This document shows positions 47,875 through 57,815 of a stretch of 64,000 nt of DNA, in pieces (the first letter of the stretch is position 1; every line of letters starts with the position of its first letter). The translations under genes and the position numbers were made by a program. The stretch covers positions 4,000,001 to 4,064,000 of the forward strand of contig CAWIPH010000002.1 of assembly GCA_963837955.1 (NCBI GenBank), read 5' to 3'. This DNA is from an uncultured Verrucomicrobiae bacterium (GTDB taxonomy: Bacteria; Verrucomicrobiota; Verrucomicrobiia; Chthoniobacterales; JAFAMB01). The notes under the pieces were generated by a model. The model was not told the origin of the DNA. It did not search any database and saw nothing but the letters and a program-made list of their open reading frames with translations.

Positions 47875-48291
47875 CTACTTCTTTTCCGTCTTCTTCTCCG
47901 GCTTCTCGTCGAGCTCGATCTTTGACTCGGTTACCGGTTGATCAACCCATTCCACGAAAGCCATCGGGGCAGCATCGCTCTGGCGGAAACCCAACTTTAC
48001 GATCCGAACGTAGCCTCCCTGACGAGTACCGGAGCGCGGCGCTACGTCTGAGAACAATTTTCGGACCGCTTCTTTTTGACGAAGAAAAGCAAAGGCGAGA
48101 CGGCGCGCGTGGAGATCGTTCCGTTTGCCAAGAGTGACCATTTTCTCGGCCAGAGGCCGTACAGCTTTCGCTTTCGCCAAAGTGGTCTTGATCCGGCTAT
48201 GCTCGATCAAGCTGCAAATTTGATTGGCTAGCAACAAATTCCGATGTTCGGCTTTGCGGCCCAATTTGATGGTCTTCTTAGTGTGACGCAT
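47875..48291 (-). CDS. rplQ: 50S ribosomal protein L17
   Basis: MRH....KLGR..EHR, IKTTLAKAK, R.GGYVRI.KLG.R..D.APMA. Confidence 0.97.
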   Translation of the reverse strand: MRHTKKTIKLGRKAEHRNLLLANQICSLIEHSRIKTTLAKAKAVRPLAEKMVTLGKRNDLHARRLAFAFLRQKEAVRKLFSDVAPRSGTRQGGYVRIVKLGFRQSDAAPMAFVEWVDQPVTESKIELDEKPEKKTEKK

Positions 48292-48297
48292 AGGTCG

Positions 48298-49335
48298 TTA
48301 AAGCGTAACCAATTTGCCGTCGTCGTTGTTGCGATCACCGGCAAGCGAGGGCTCAACTAACCCGGATTCAAATTTCATTCCGAGGCTCAAACCCAATTGC
48401 TGCAATTTCTCCTTGATCTCGTTGAGCGATTTCTTTCCAAAGTTGCGGTATTTCAACATCTCCGCCTCGGTCTTCATAGCCAATTGGCCGACCGTGGTAA
48501 TGTTGGCGTTGTTCAAGCAATTTGCGGCACGGACCGACAGCTCGATCTCGTTCACGCTCATGTTCAACATCTTCTTGAGACGGGTGTTCTCTTGACTGAC
48601 TTCTTCTGAAGTTTCATCAAACTCCACCTGGCTGTCATCGTAATTGACGAAGACATCCAAATGATGACGCAGGATGGCTGAAGCTTGTAGTAGCGCGTCG
48701 TCCGGAGTGATTCGTCCATCGGTCCAGATCTCCAAGATTAGCTTATCGTAATCGGTACGCTGACCGACTCGAGTGTTTTCCACGGCGTACTTTACCCGAG
48801 TGACTGGTGAAAAGATGGAATCGATCGGGATCACACCAATCGGCATATCGGGACGCTTATTTTCATCTCCCGTAAAAAATCCGCGACCTACCCGCACTTC
48901 AAACTCTGCTTCGAACTTCTGTTTCTTATCGAGCGTGCAGATAATCTGATCTGTGTTCAAGACCTCGATCCCAGCAGTCGTTTGAATGTCGCTGGCCGTG
49001 ACCATGCCCTCCTTGTTTACGCTAATCGAGACGGTGCGCGGTTCGTGGTCGACCGCCTTAAACCGAATCTTTTTCAGATTCAGAACGATATCAGTGACAT
49101 CCTCAACGATGCCTGGCAGTGCCGCAAACTCGTGTTGCGCGCCAGTGATTCGGGCAGTGGTGATGGCTGCTCCTTCCAGCGAAGAGAGAAGAACCCGACG
49201 GAGCGAATTCCCGACGGTGTGGCCATAGCCGGCCTCAAAAGGCTCGGCGACAAATTTAGCGTATGTTTCAGTGCTGGTAGCCTCATCCTTGGTCAGGCTT
49301 TTCGGCATCTCGAAACGTCCAAGACGAACAGTCAT
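48298..49335 (-). CDS. rpoA: RNA polymerase alpha subunit
   Basis: EPFEAGYGHTVGNSLRRVLLSS, RVGQRTDYDKL, ELSVRAANCL, RNFGKKSL. Start ATG 49335. Confidence 0.98.
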   Translation of the reverse strand: MTVRLGRFEMPKSLTKDEATSTETYAKFVAEPFEAGYGHTVGNSLRRVLLSSLEGAAITTARITGAQHEFAALPGIVEDVTDIVLNLKKIRFKAVDHEPRTVSISVNKEGMVTASDIQTTAGIEVLNTDQIICTLDKKQKFEAEFEVRVGRGFFTGDENKRPDMPIGVIPIDSIFSPVTRVKYAVENTRVGQRTDYDKLILEIWTDGRITPDDALLQASAILRHHLDVFVNYDDSQVEFDETSEEVSQENTRLKKMLNMSVNEIELSVRAANCLNNANITTVGQLAMKTEAEMLKYRNFGKKSLNEIKEKLQQLGLSLGMKFESGLVEPSLAGDRNNDDGKLVTL

Positions 49336-49570
49336 AAGTTTGTTTAACGGATTAGCCGGGTTACCCCTGGCGCGTGCGGCTCGCAACCTGAAGGTTGAAG
49401 CCCAGGGACCTACGGCGTTTTACTGCTCGCGCGGAGCCGAGACAAAGCCATAGAGCAACTCGGTTGTCAAGTGACCGAGGGGACCGGCGGCGACAGACAA
49501 AGTGGTACCCCTCGCCCGAACATTGCCTTTCGTGGCTACCAATGCAAAAATATTTGAGGAGGCGCAAACT

Positions 49571-50782
49571 ATGCCGATTCTCGAAGAGGTATTTATCTTT
49601 GATGCGATCAGAACGCCGCGCGGTCGCGGTAAACCGACTGGCGCTCTTCACACTCAAACTCCTATCTCCCTGGTGGTTACGCTCCTAGACGAACTGCGGC
49701 GCCGTTACCCGGGAATCGATCGGTCAGTAGACGAAATTGTGCTGGGCTGCTGCGAGCAACTCAATGATCAAGGGGGTAATCTGGCAAGATCGGCCGCTTT
49801 GCAGGCCCGCTATTCGACCAGCACTCCGGGCTTGATGGTCTCTCGCTTTTGCGGGTCGGGGCTCGACGCAGTGAATGTCGCAGTGGCCAAGGTCATGAGC
49901 GGGCAAACCGACCTGGTAATTGCCGGAGGGGTTGAGATGCTCTCGCTCTTTTCCATTTTCGGTTCGGGAGGACCGATGATTTCCGATGTCCAATTCAAAG
50001 ATCAGACCGTTCAGATCCCGCAGGGTATCTCGGCCGACTTAATCGCCACGATGCAAGGCTACTCGCGAAATGATGTGGACAGTTTCGCCGCACTATCCCA
50101 ACAACGTGCCCATCGCGCTTGGGAGCAGGGCCTGTTTTCCCACTCGGTTGTACCAGTGCCCACCGCTACCGCACGCCTTGAACGGGATGAATTAGTGCGC
50201 AGCAACGTTACTACCGAAAGTTTGGCAGGGCTGAAACCCTCTTTTGAGAAGGCGGGAGAAACAGAAGGGTATGGTGAGATCATTCGTTTTCGCTATCCGC
50301 GAGTCGGCCGCCTCAATTACGTGCATCACGCTGGAAATTCGTCCGGAATTGCCGACGGTGCGGGACTGGTGGTAATCGGAAATCGGGAAGTCTCGGAACG
50401 GTTAGGAATTCATCCGCGGGCGCGCATTCTTTCGACCGCCAGCGCAGCGGACGATCCGTGCATTATGCTGACCGCTCCAGCTGAAGCCACCAGTAAGGCA
50501 TTGCGACGGGTCGGATTGCGGTTCTCAGACATCGACATTTACGAAGTCAACGAAGCGTTCGCTTCGGTAGTTTTGTACTTCATGGAGAAGACGAAAGTTC
50601 CACACGAAAAAGTGAACCCGGTGGGCGGGGCTATCGCTATGGGCCATCCAGTGGGAGCGACTGGAGCGATGCTCATCGGAACCTTGATCGATGAGATGCA
50701 ACGACGGGAGTTTCGCCGGGGAGCGGTGACTATGTGTACCGGTCTCGGAATGGGTGTTGCGACGATCTTGGAGACCGTGTGA
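49571..50782 (+). CDS. Acetyl-CoA C-acyltransferase (thiolase)
   Basis: IRTPRG, RFCGSG, NSSGIADGA, NEAFA, GHPVGATG, MCTGLG. Confidence 0.94.
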   Translation: MPILEEVFIFDAIRTPRGRGKPTGALHTQTPISLVVTLLDELRRRYPGIDRSVDEIVLGCCEQLNDQGGNLARSAALQARYSTSTPGLMVSRFCGSGLDAVNVAVAKVMSGQTDLVIAGGVEMLSLFSIFGSGGPMISDVQFKDQTVQIPQGISADLIATMQGYSRNDVDSFAALSQQRAHRAWEQGLFSHSVVPVPTATARLERDELVRSNVTTESLAGLKPSFEKAGETEGYGEIIRFRYPRVGRLNYVHHAGNSSGIADGAGLVVIGNREVSERLGIHPRARILSTASAADDPCIMLTAPAEATSKALRRVGLRFSDIDIYEVNEAFASVVLYFMEKTKVPHEKVNPVGGAIAMGHPVGATGAMLIGTLIDEMQRREFRRGAVTMCTGLGMGVATILETV

Positions 50783-52776
50783 AAAAAATCGCATTCGTCG
50801 ATTTTCCGGCGCTTCTACGCGGAGGATTTGTTTCCACTCTGGAGCGAGAGCTGGCCGATCCAAACAACTCCGCCATATGCATCCGTTTTCCGTTGACGAC
50901 GGAAGAACCCACCGATGAGCTCCAGATGCTGTGCTCGGCTCACCCGGTATTGTCCGATCTGCGAGGAACGCTGCGCACTTTAGAAAAAGGACCAAAGCCG
51001 GTGGCCGCCTGGTGCGAAGCGGACCTTTCCGGATTAGCTTTTGAAGTCGCACTTGCCTGTCACCGCCGATTTACTCACCAAAGAGAGATCCGATTCTCCT
51101 GGCCTTGGATGAAGTTTGGTTTGCCGCCACTCTTGGGGACGACACAACGGCTGCCGTATTTGGTTGGGTGGAAAACTACCATCGATTGCCTGCTGTTTGA
51201 AAAGTCAATCATCGGCGACAGCTCAACGAATACACTCCTTGTTTCTGTCAGCGAACTCGGCGAGGAAGAAACAATCTCAGCCTGGATCGACCATCTGGAA
51301 AAGCCGGTTCAGCCGTGGGATCAAACCGATGTCACACACTCGCCGGTTTGGAGCCAGTCCGTTGCAAATCGAAATCTTCTCCAGGCAGCCTATCTGCGAG
51401 TAAGACAAAAGTCTCCGCCGGAAGATGTTGGACCCGGGTTATTGCTGGAAGTGTTCCACAATGGACTGGAGAGGAGTTTTGACGCAGGTCTGAAACTGGA
51501 AGCAGCTTCGTTCGACAAAGCCCGAACAGCGTCCTCCACCAAACAGCGGATTTACGTGCAGCACGAACTTCCACAGCAAGCCATCAAACGAGCGTCACAG
51601 ACCCCGGGTGCTTTCATGAAGATAGGGGTTTTGGGCAGCGGACTAATGGGAACCGGCATTGCCTACACAGCGGCTTGCGCAGATCTCGAAGTGCGATTGT
51701 TCGACGTGAATCCGGAGGCCATCAGTCGCTCGTTGGACCGGATGAAGAAACTCTCGGAAAGGCGACTGCCAGCAACGAAAAACGGCGATGCGGTAATCCG
51801 TCGAGTTCAGCCGGCAAACCAGGTGAGTGACCTGCGCGACTGCGATTTTGTGATCGAAGCGGTGTTTGAACGACTCGAAACGAAGCAGGAAGTTTTGGCG
51901 GCTGTGAGCGCTGAACTGAGTCCAGAGGCTATTCTCGCATCCAATACTACCACTTTCCCGATCTCGGAATTAGCCAAGTCGGCCCTTAATCCGGCGAATT
52001 TCGTCGGTACGCATTTTTTCGCCCCGGTTGAGCAAATGGATTTATTGGAGATTATCCTCGGTCGGGAGACGTCGGATCAAACAAGGAAGCTTGCACTCGG
52101 ACTTGCGTCCCGACTTAACAAGGTACCCCTGGTAGTCCGAGACGGTCCCGGTTTTTACACGAGCAGAGTCGTGATGGCCTACATTCAGGAAGCGCTGCTT
52201 ATGTTGGCAGAAGGCATCGCTCCCTCGTTGATCGACAATGCCGCCCGCAATACGGGAATGATCCTCGGTCCCCTGACCATGGCGGATCTAACTTCTCTCG
52301 ATTTGTTAGCCGACATTTTCCAAAATCTGGCTCGGCACGGGCGTGGTTCTGCGGAGTTTGCTCAAGATGCACTTGGCGTTCTATCGAAATTTATCGATGC
52401 GAAGCGGTTAGGACGAAAGGTGCGAGCGGGCGTCTACGATTATCCCGAAGACGGCGGCCGGCGCGAATGGAGCGACCTCCCACATTGGTTTCCACGGGAT
52501 CCGCACCCGCCGGCCGGCGCCACCATTGCGGATCGCTTGATGTATATCCAGACTATTGAAACGCTGCACGCGCTCCGGGAAGGAATCATCGAGGCTCCGG
52601 AGTTGGCGGACCTCGCTTCGGTTCTAGGATGGAAGTACCCAGCATTTCGCGGTGGGGTCATGCGATATGTCCATGTGATCGGAACAGAGAAATTTGAGGC
52701 AACGCGTCAAGGTCTGGAAAGAACACATGGCCGTAGATTTGCTATTCCGAGCGCTGGAAGTGTCTCGGCCAGCTAG
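50779..52776 (+). CDS. FadB/FadJ-like 3-hydroxyacyl-CoA dehydrogenase with a degenerate enoyl-CoA hydratase domain
   Basis: GSGLMG, IEAVFE, ASNT, HFFAP...LLEI, DGPGFYTSR; GTGA overlap with the thiolase stop. Confidence 0.85.
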   Translation: MKKIAFVDFPALLRGGFVSTLERELADPNNSAICIRFPLTTEEPTDELQMLCSAHPVLSDLRGTLRTLEKGPKPVAAWCEADLSGLAFEVALACHRRFTHQREIRFSWPWMKFGLPPLLGTTQRLPYLVGWKTTIDCLLFEKSIIGDSSTNTLLVSVSELGEEETISAWIDHLEKPVQPWDQTDVTHSPVWSQSVANRNLLQAAYLRVRQKSPPEDVGPGLLLEVFHNGLERSFDAGLKLEAASFDKARTASSTKQRIYVQHELPQQAIKRASQTPGAFMKIGVLGSGLMGTGIAYTAACADLEVRLFDVNPEAISRSLDRMKKLSERRLPATKNGDAVIRRVQPANQVSDLRDCDFVIEAVFERLETKQEVLAAVSAELSPEAILASNTTTFPISELAKSALNPANFVGTHFFAPVEQMDLLEIILGRETSDQTRKLALGLASRLNKVPLVVRDGPGFYTSRVVMAYIQEALLMLAEGIAPSLIDNAARNTGMILGPLTMADLTSLDLLADIFQNLARHGRGSAEFAQDALGVLSKFIDAKRLGRKVRAGVYDYPEDGGRREWSDLPHWFPRDPHPPAGATIADRLMYIQTIETLHALREGIIEAPELADLASVLGWKYPAFRGGVMRYVHVIGTEKFEATRQGLERTHGRRFAIPSAGSVSAS

Positions 52777-52925
52777 ATCGCTACGATTCGTCCTCAGTAG
52801 CCCAAACAGGATTGAATTATGCCAATTCCGCAGTTAGCATTTACTTTGGTCGCGGCGGAAGAGCATCGGTCCCATACCGGGTTCGAGGTCTATGTCCCGG
52901 GGCGTCAGGACGCCTTTATGGCAAA

Positions 52926-52948
52926 TCCCGCTTAGCGGGAGCGCCTAC
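52926..52948 (-). repeat. Single GTAG-type REP-like palindrome
   Basis: Minus strand GTAGGCGC-TCCCGCT-A-AGCGGGA, just downstream of the MFS stop codon. Confidence 0.35.
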
Positions 52949-52975
52949 CTCTTTATGCCTCCGCCGCGCCCTTCT

Positions 52976-54280
52976 CTAGCTCCTGTCTACCGCGTATCTG
53001 CTGGGAACGAATGCCACGACCAGGACAGCACCGACCACAAGCACGGCGGAAACCACGTAGAGACCATAGTCTGCTCGCTTGGTTAAGTCTTTGACCAGAC
53101 CAACGATAGACGGACCAAAAAATCCGGCCAGATTACCGACAGAATTAATCCAGGCGATCCCCGCCGCCGCAGCGGTGCCGGCCAGCACGGCGGTTGGCAT
53201 TGGCCAAAAGAGCGGGAATGTCGCTAAAATACCGACCGTAGCAATGGTCAGACCGATCATGGCGACCAAAGTGTTTTCTCGGAAAAGGTTACTGATAATA
53301 ATCCCGAGAGCACCCACACACGCCGCAGTGGCAAAATGCCAACGGCGCTCACCGGAACGATCCGAACTCCGCCCAAAAAGCACCATCGCGACCGCGCCAA
53401 ATCCATACGGTATTGCGGAAAGTAGACCAACGTATAACGGATCGTTGATGCCAGTATTCTTAATTAGCTGCGGAATCCAAAACCCCGTACCGTACAACCC
53501 AAAGGCACAACAGAAGTAGACCGCGCAGAACAAAAGCAGCCGAGAATCGACAAAGACCTGTCCCAACGACAAATGGGTTTTGTGGACTTCCTCCTTCTTC
53601 AGGTTTTGCTCCAGCAATTCCTTCTCCTCATCATCCAGCCATTGGGCGGATCGGATCCCGTTGTCGAGGATGAAAGGAATGCAAAGTCCGATCAAAACCG
53701 ACGGGATTCCCTCGATCAAAAACAACATCTGCCAACCCTTCAGATTTGCGACGCCGCCGAACTGATGAAGAATCCAGCCTGACAACGGTCCACCAACCAC
53801 TCCCGTCAATGCGATTGCGGTCATAAAGAAAGCAACCATGCGGCCCCGCCGCCGAGAAGGAAACCAGTAGGTTAGATAGAGAATGATCCCTGGGAAAAAA
53901 CCTGCTTCAGCCAAACCCAAGAGAAATCGCAGCACATAAAAAACCCATGGCGAATTCACAAAGATCATCGCCGAGGAAATAATTCCCCAACTTATCATGA
54001 TGCGCGCTATCCAGACTCGCGCTCCGAACTTTTCCAGTAAAATATTGCTGGGAACTTCGAAGAAGAAGTACCCAACGAAGAAGATGCCTGCGCCGACACC
54101 ATAGACCGTATCGCTGAAGCCGGCGACGTCAGATTGCATCTGGAGATTGGCGAACCCGACGTTTACTCGATCAAGATAGGCGGCGATATAACAGACAAAC
54201 AGCAAGGGAATAATTCGCCGGGCGACTTTGCCGTAAACAGCCTCTTCCGATAACGAGCGTTCTGGAGAGATAGTGGACAT
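52976..54280 (-). CDS. MFS transporter (ACS family, TtuB-like)
   Basis: YLDRVNVGFA, FEVPSN..L.KFGAR.WIARIM..WG, LGLAEAGFFPG..YLTYWFP. Confidence 0.93.
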   Translation of the reverse strand: MSTISPERSLSEEAVYGKVARRIIPLLFVCYIAAYLDRVNVGFANLQMQSDVAGFSDTVYGVGAGIFFVGYFFFEVPSNILLEKFGARVWIARIMISWGIISSAMIFVNSPWVFYVLRFLLGLAEAGFFPGIILYLTYWFPSRRRGRMVAFFMTAIALTGVVGGPLSGWILHQFGGVANLKGWQMLFLIEGIPSVLIGLCIPFILDNGIRSAQWLDDEEKELLEQNLKKEEVHKTHLSLGQVFVDSRLLLFCAVYFCCAFGLYGTGFWIPQLIKNTGINDPLYVGLLSAIPYGFGAVAMVLFGRSSDRSGERRWHFATAACVGALGIIISNLFRENTLVAMIGLTIATVGILATFPLFWPMPTAVLAGTAAAAGIAWINSVGNLAGFFGPSIVGLVKDLTKRADYGLYVVSAVLVVGAVLVVAFVPSRYAVDRS

Positions 54281-54364
54281 GGGGAGAACAGTTCTGACTT
54301 TTTGGGGTTAACTTAGGCGTCAGTCAACAAATTGTGGCAGAGCATATCCGATCTCGGCGCAGGG

Positions 54365-54862
54365 TTAGGTCACTGGATCAGAGATTTTATTGGGCGAGAA
54401 TTCTTGAGCAATCTTTTCGATATGGGCGCGGAACTCCGGATCTTCGCCTTCCAAAAGTTCGGGTAAGGCTTTTCGAAAATCGGGGCGGCGGCACCATTCC
54501 CGCATGTAATCCTCCCAGGAAGACCAGAGCCGGCGGGTTTGTCTATTCAGGTGTTCCTCATAGACCAGGATATACGCACGCTCAAAAATCGAGACAAGAA
54601 TGCCAAACAGGACAAACTTCCGCTCCTCCTGTTCTTCGGTGAGCTCTCGCACTGGACCGTGCCGCTGCAAGAGTTGTAGATCGGCATTGTCCAGAACCAG
54701 TTTGAGAAAACCGATATACTCGTCCGACAGTCGTTGATTCAGCTCTTCCTCTTCAGCTAATCGCTCTTTTCGTCGTTCGAAAACGAAGACCAGGATAGCG
54801 AAAGGCAGAGCGAACGTCTCGACCAGATAGAAAGAGAACTCAACGACGTCTTTCCAGTACAT
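54365..54862 (-). CDS. Hypothetical single-TM protein
   Basis: N-terminal hydrophobic helix, then a charged helical domain (FERAY, W.SWEDYMREW..R.DFR). Fills the gap between genes without overlap. Confidence 0.7.
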   Translation of the reverse strand: MYWKDVVEFSFYLVETFALPFAILVFVFERRKERLAEEEELNQRLSDEYIGFLKLVLDNADLQLLQRHGPVRELTEEQEERKFVLFGILVSIFERAYILVYEEHLNRQTRRLWSSWEDYMREWCRRPDFRKALPELLEGEDPEFRAHIEKIAQEFSPNKISDPVT

Positions 54863-55176
54863 CGGGAAATGTGATGGAAAACTGTCGCCTACGCCACTCA
54901 AGAGGCGAAAAGCGTAGCTCGAGTCAGGCGCGCCAGGCTTTTGCTGCTATGGGAGTTGCCAAAGCTAACCTGGGCGGATTGGTTCTAACTAACTCTCTGC
55001 TAAATCAGCGATCACGGCGCGAGAAAAGCGTCCACCGGAGGCTTCGGGCAGCGGGTTTTCGCCTAACCAAATAAGTTACCTCATGCACAACAGCCTCAAT
55101 GCGTGTATGTTAGACATATAAATACAAATTTTCTTCGAGAAACAGCGTATCCCTTCGTATATTCGCGGTTTTAAGC

Positions 55177-56370
55177 ATGATACAGAGAGATTACCTGATT
55201 GTTGGCGGGGGCATCGGTGCTGCCAGCGCCTGCGACGCACTACGACAACATGATCCAAAGGGCTCAGTCACCCTGGTTAGTAATGAGGCACATCTCCCCT
55301 ATCATCGACCAGCACTGTCAAAAAGCGTACTGAAGGACGGCACACCGTCGGTCGAGAAATTGGCGGAGAAGTCCGAAGATTGGTACCGGAAAAGAGGCAT
55401 CGAACTCCGCTTAGCCACCGTGGTTCGTGAATTCAATATCGAACGTCGACTCGCGGTGATGGAAAACGGGCAGACGATCGAGTTCCGCAAAGCTTGCCTG
55501 GCCACCGGTAGTCGAGCACGACGTCCGCATGTGGCCGGCGCAAATTTGGGCAACGTTGTTTATCTCCGATCTTATCGCGACGTTCTGGCGGTTCGCGAGA
55601 TTCTGGGATCGGAGAAACATGTTGTTATTGTTGGATCAGGCTATCTGGGGGCCGAAGTCTCATCGGCCCTGATCGGATCCGGTGCCAAATTGACTTTGCT
55701 AAGCCGGGACAAGTCGATTTGGCAAGATCTAGTGGACCCGGAGACCGCGAATTGGATCACGGAGAAATTTGCGTCCGCCGGAGTTCAACTCATGCTAAAC
55801 GAGAATCTGAACGGTTTTGAGGGCAAGACCGTTGTACGCAATATCCAAACCAAGAGCGGTCTGCGATTTCCAGCCGGCCTAGCCATCGTCGTGATCGGAA
55901 CAGAGCCCAATTTGCAGCTGGTAACGAATACCCCATTGAGCAGTCCTGGCGGCTGCCCGGTCAACGAATATTTGGAGAGCGACGAAAAAGGAATCTATGC
56001 CGTCGGTGACATCGCGCTGTATCCGGACCGGCTGTATGGTGGAGCCCGCCGGGTGACTAGTTGGGATATGGCTTTGGTCCAAGGCACGACAGCCGGAGCC
56101 AACATGACCGGACGGAAACGACAAAGATTTGAGGTAATCCCAACCTGTTCTGCCGTGGCTCTGGGGATGCAGTTTACCTTCGTCGGCGATTTTTCTATTC
56201 CGCATTTACTTGGAGAAATTGAAGGTTCGCGAGAAAAGGGAAATTTCATCGCTCGCTACCGGCGCAATGAACATTTAGTGGCCGCGGTCCTCTGCAATCG
56301 CAAACCGGAAGAGGCCCGCAAACTGCAAGAAGAAGTGCGCACGAGCTTACAATCCCGGCAGAAGAAATAG
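55177..56370 (+). CDS. FAD/NAD(P)-dependent oxidoreductase (ferredoxin reductase-like)
   Basis: IVGGGIGA, PYHRPALSK, LATGS, IVGSGYLGAE, IYAVGD. Confidence 0.88.
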   Translation: MIQRDYLIVGGGIGAASACDALRQHDPKGSVTLVSNEAHLPYHRPALSKSVLKDGTPSVEKLAEKSEDWYRKRGIELRLATVVREFNIERRLAVMENGQTIEFRKACLATGSRARRPHVAGANLGNVVYLRSYRDVLAVREILGSEKHVVIVGSGYLGAEVSSALIGSGAKLTLLSRDKSIWQDLVDPETANWITEKFASAGVQLMLNENLNGFEGKTVVRNIQTKSGLRFPAGLAIVVIGTEPNLQLVTNTPLSSPGGCPVNEYLESDEKGIYAVGDIALYPDRLYGGARRVTSWDMALVQGTTAGANMTGRKRQRFEVIPTCSAVALGMQFTFVGDFSIPHLLGEIEGSREKGNFIARYRRNEHLVAAVLCNRKPEEARKLQEEVRTSLQSRQKK

Positions 56371-56431
56371 CGCTGACCAGGCCCATGGTCGGTAGAGCGA
56401 AAATTTATATGATCCGCGGCCGGTCAGGGGC

Positions 56432-57334
56432 TCATAGGACCGTCGGCACGCCTTCTTTTAGAATCTTGACTGCGTCTGCGAGTTGGTGTTGCTCCACCTC
56501 CCGGCGCAGCCTTTCCAAAGGCTCGTGCAAAGGCTCGTAGCTCAGGCGGAAAGAGCCGTAGTGCATTGGCACCATATATTTCGCTCGAAGTTCTTGAAAC
56601 GCCTGGACTGCCTCTTCCGGATTCATGTGCACTTCCCGTCGACTTGGTGGCTCGTAGGCCCCGATGGGCAAGAGAGCGATCTCGATGGGAAGCCGCTCCC
56701 CGATCTCCTTAAATCCAGCGAAGTAAGCGCTATCGCCGCAATGGAAGAGCGTGCGCCGGCCAAGTCGAAGATGAAACCCTCCAAAACCGCGGTGCTTATC
56801 GTGGAGGACGCGAGCACCCCAGTGATGGCAAGGCGTAAGGGTGATTGTTACATCGCCGATATCAAGATGATCCCACTCGCGAAGTTCATGGACTCGGTCA
56901 AACCCAAGGTCATGGACCAGATTGCCGACTCCTCGTGGCACTACAATCGGCTGAGCCGAAGCTACTCGGCGCAAAGTACGCCGGTCCAGATGATCAAAGT
57001 GAGCGTGAGTGACCAATACCAAATCGATGGCCGGCAAATGATCAATCCGAATTCCAGGCCGACGAATTCGCTTCACCACCTTGAGCCAGAGCGACCAGAT
57101 CGGGTCCACCAGGATGTTGAGACCTCGCCAGCTAATCAAGAAGGAAGCGTGTCCGATCCAGGTGAGACAAAGATCTTCTCCGGTCAGATCAGGAAACAGC
57201 GGCCGCGCCGGTCTTCCCTGGCGACGTGTGAAAAGGGACGGAATGTAAACCTCCGTGAAAAAATTCCTTCGCAACCATCCCTTCCCGGGTCGAAGGCCAA
57301 CGCGGTACCCATTCTTCCTCAGCTCATACAACAC
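56432..57334 (-). CDS. MBL-fold metallo-hydrolase (NAPE-PLD/RomA-like)
   Basis: WIGHASF, THAHFDHLD, GDSAY, LPIGAY, HMNPEEA, PMHYGSF. Confidence 0.9.
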   Translation of the reverse strand: MLYELRKNGYRVGLRPGKGWLRRNFFTEVYIPSLFTRRQGRPARPLFPDLTGEDLCLTWIGHASFLISWRGLNILVDPIWSLWLKVVKRIRRPGIRIDHLPAIDLVLVTHAHFDHLDRRTLRRVASAQPIVVPRGVGNLVHDLGFDRVHELREWDHLDIGDVTITLTPCHHWGARVLHDKHRGFGGFHLRLGRRTLFHCGDSAYFAGFKEIGERLPIEIALLPIGAYEPPSRREVHMNPEEAVQAFQELRAKYMVPMHYGSFRLSYEPLHEPLERLRREVEQHQLADAVKILKEGVPTVL

Positions 57335-57401
57335 AACACTCCTCTAGAGTTTCTCTCTCAAAATGGCAAATCAGGCTTCGATAGAAATCGCATCTGGCGG
57401 G

Positions 57402-57785
57402 TCAATTCGCCGGGACGTGCATCTCGAAACGAGGAATTCGCGTGACAAATGGCTCGCCGGCCTCGTCTATTCCCAGGAATGCGCCTTCGGCCACGCTGTC
57501 GCTCCCGATCACGTGATAGCTGTTATAGGAGAAATGCTCGCCTGGGCCAAGCCGCGGAAACTGCCCCACAACACCGTCTCCCTCTACAATTACTTTAGAA
57601 CCTTGACGGTCCGTAACCACCCATTTACGCCCGCGAATGAAAACTGTTTCGGCCGAGCGATTATGAATCGTGATAAAATAAACAAACGGAAAAGGTCGAT
57701 CCGGAGGGGATTGCAGCGTGGGAACGTAAACTACCTTATCGACGGACACCTGGACGTCGATTAGCTCGCGAAACCCGGAGCTCAT
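57402..57785 (-). CDS. apaG: ApaG domain protein
   Basis: FVYFITI.N, R.WVVTD, VEGDGVVGQFP.L.PGE.FSYNS, IPRF. Confidence 0.88.
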   Translation of the reverse strand: MSSGFRELIDVQVSVDKVVYVPTLQSPPDRPFPFVYFITIHNRSAETVFIRGRKWVVTDRQGSKVIVEGDGVVGQFPRLGPGEHFSYNSYHVIGSDSVAEGAFLGIDEAGEPFVTRIPRFEMHVPAN

Positions 57786-57815
57786 CTTCGCCTCGAGTTA
57801 TTTTTGCTAGTTGCT

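Noticed and set aside
56483..57445. 320-aa + strand ORF
   Set aside because: Antisense shadow of the MBL hydrolase with no recognisable motifs.
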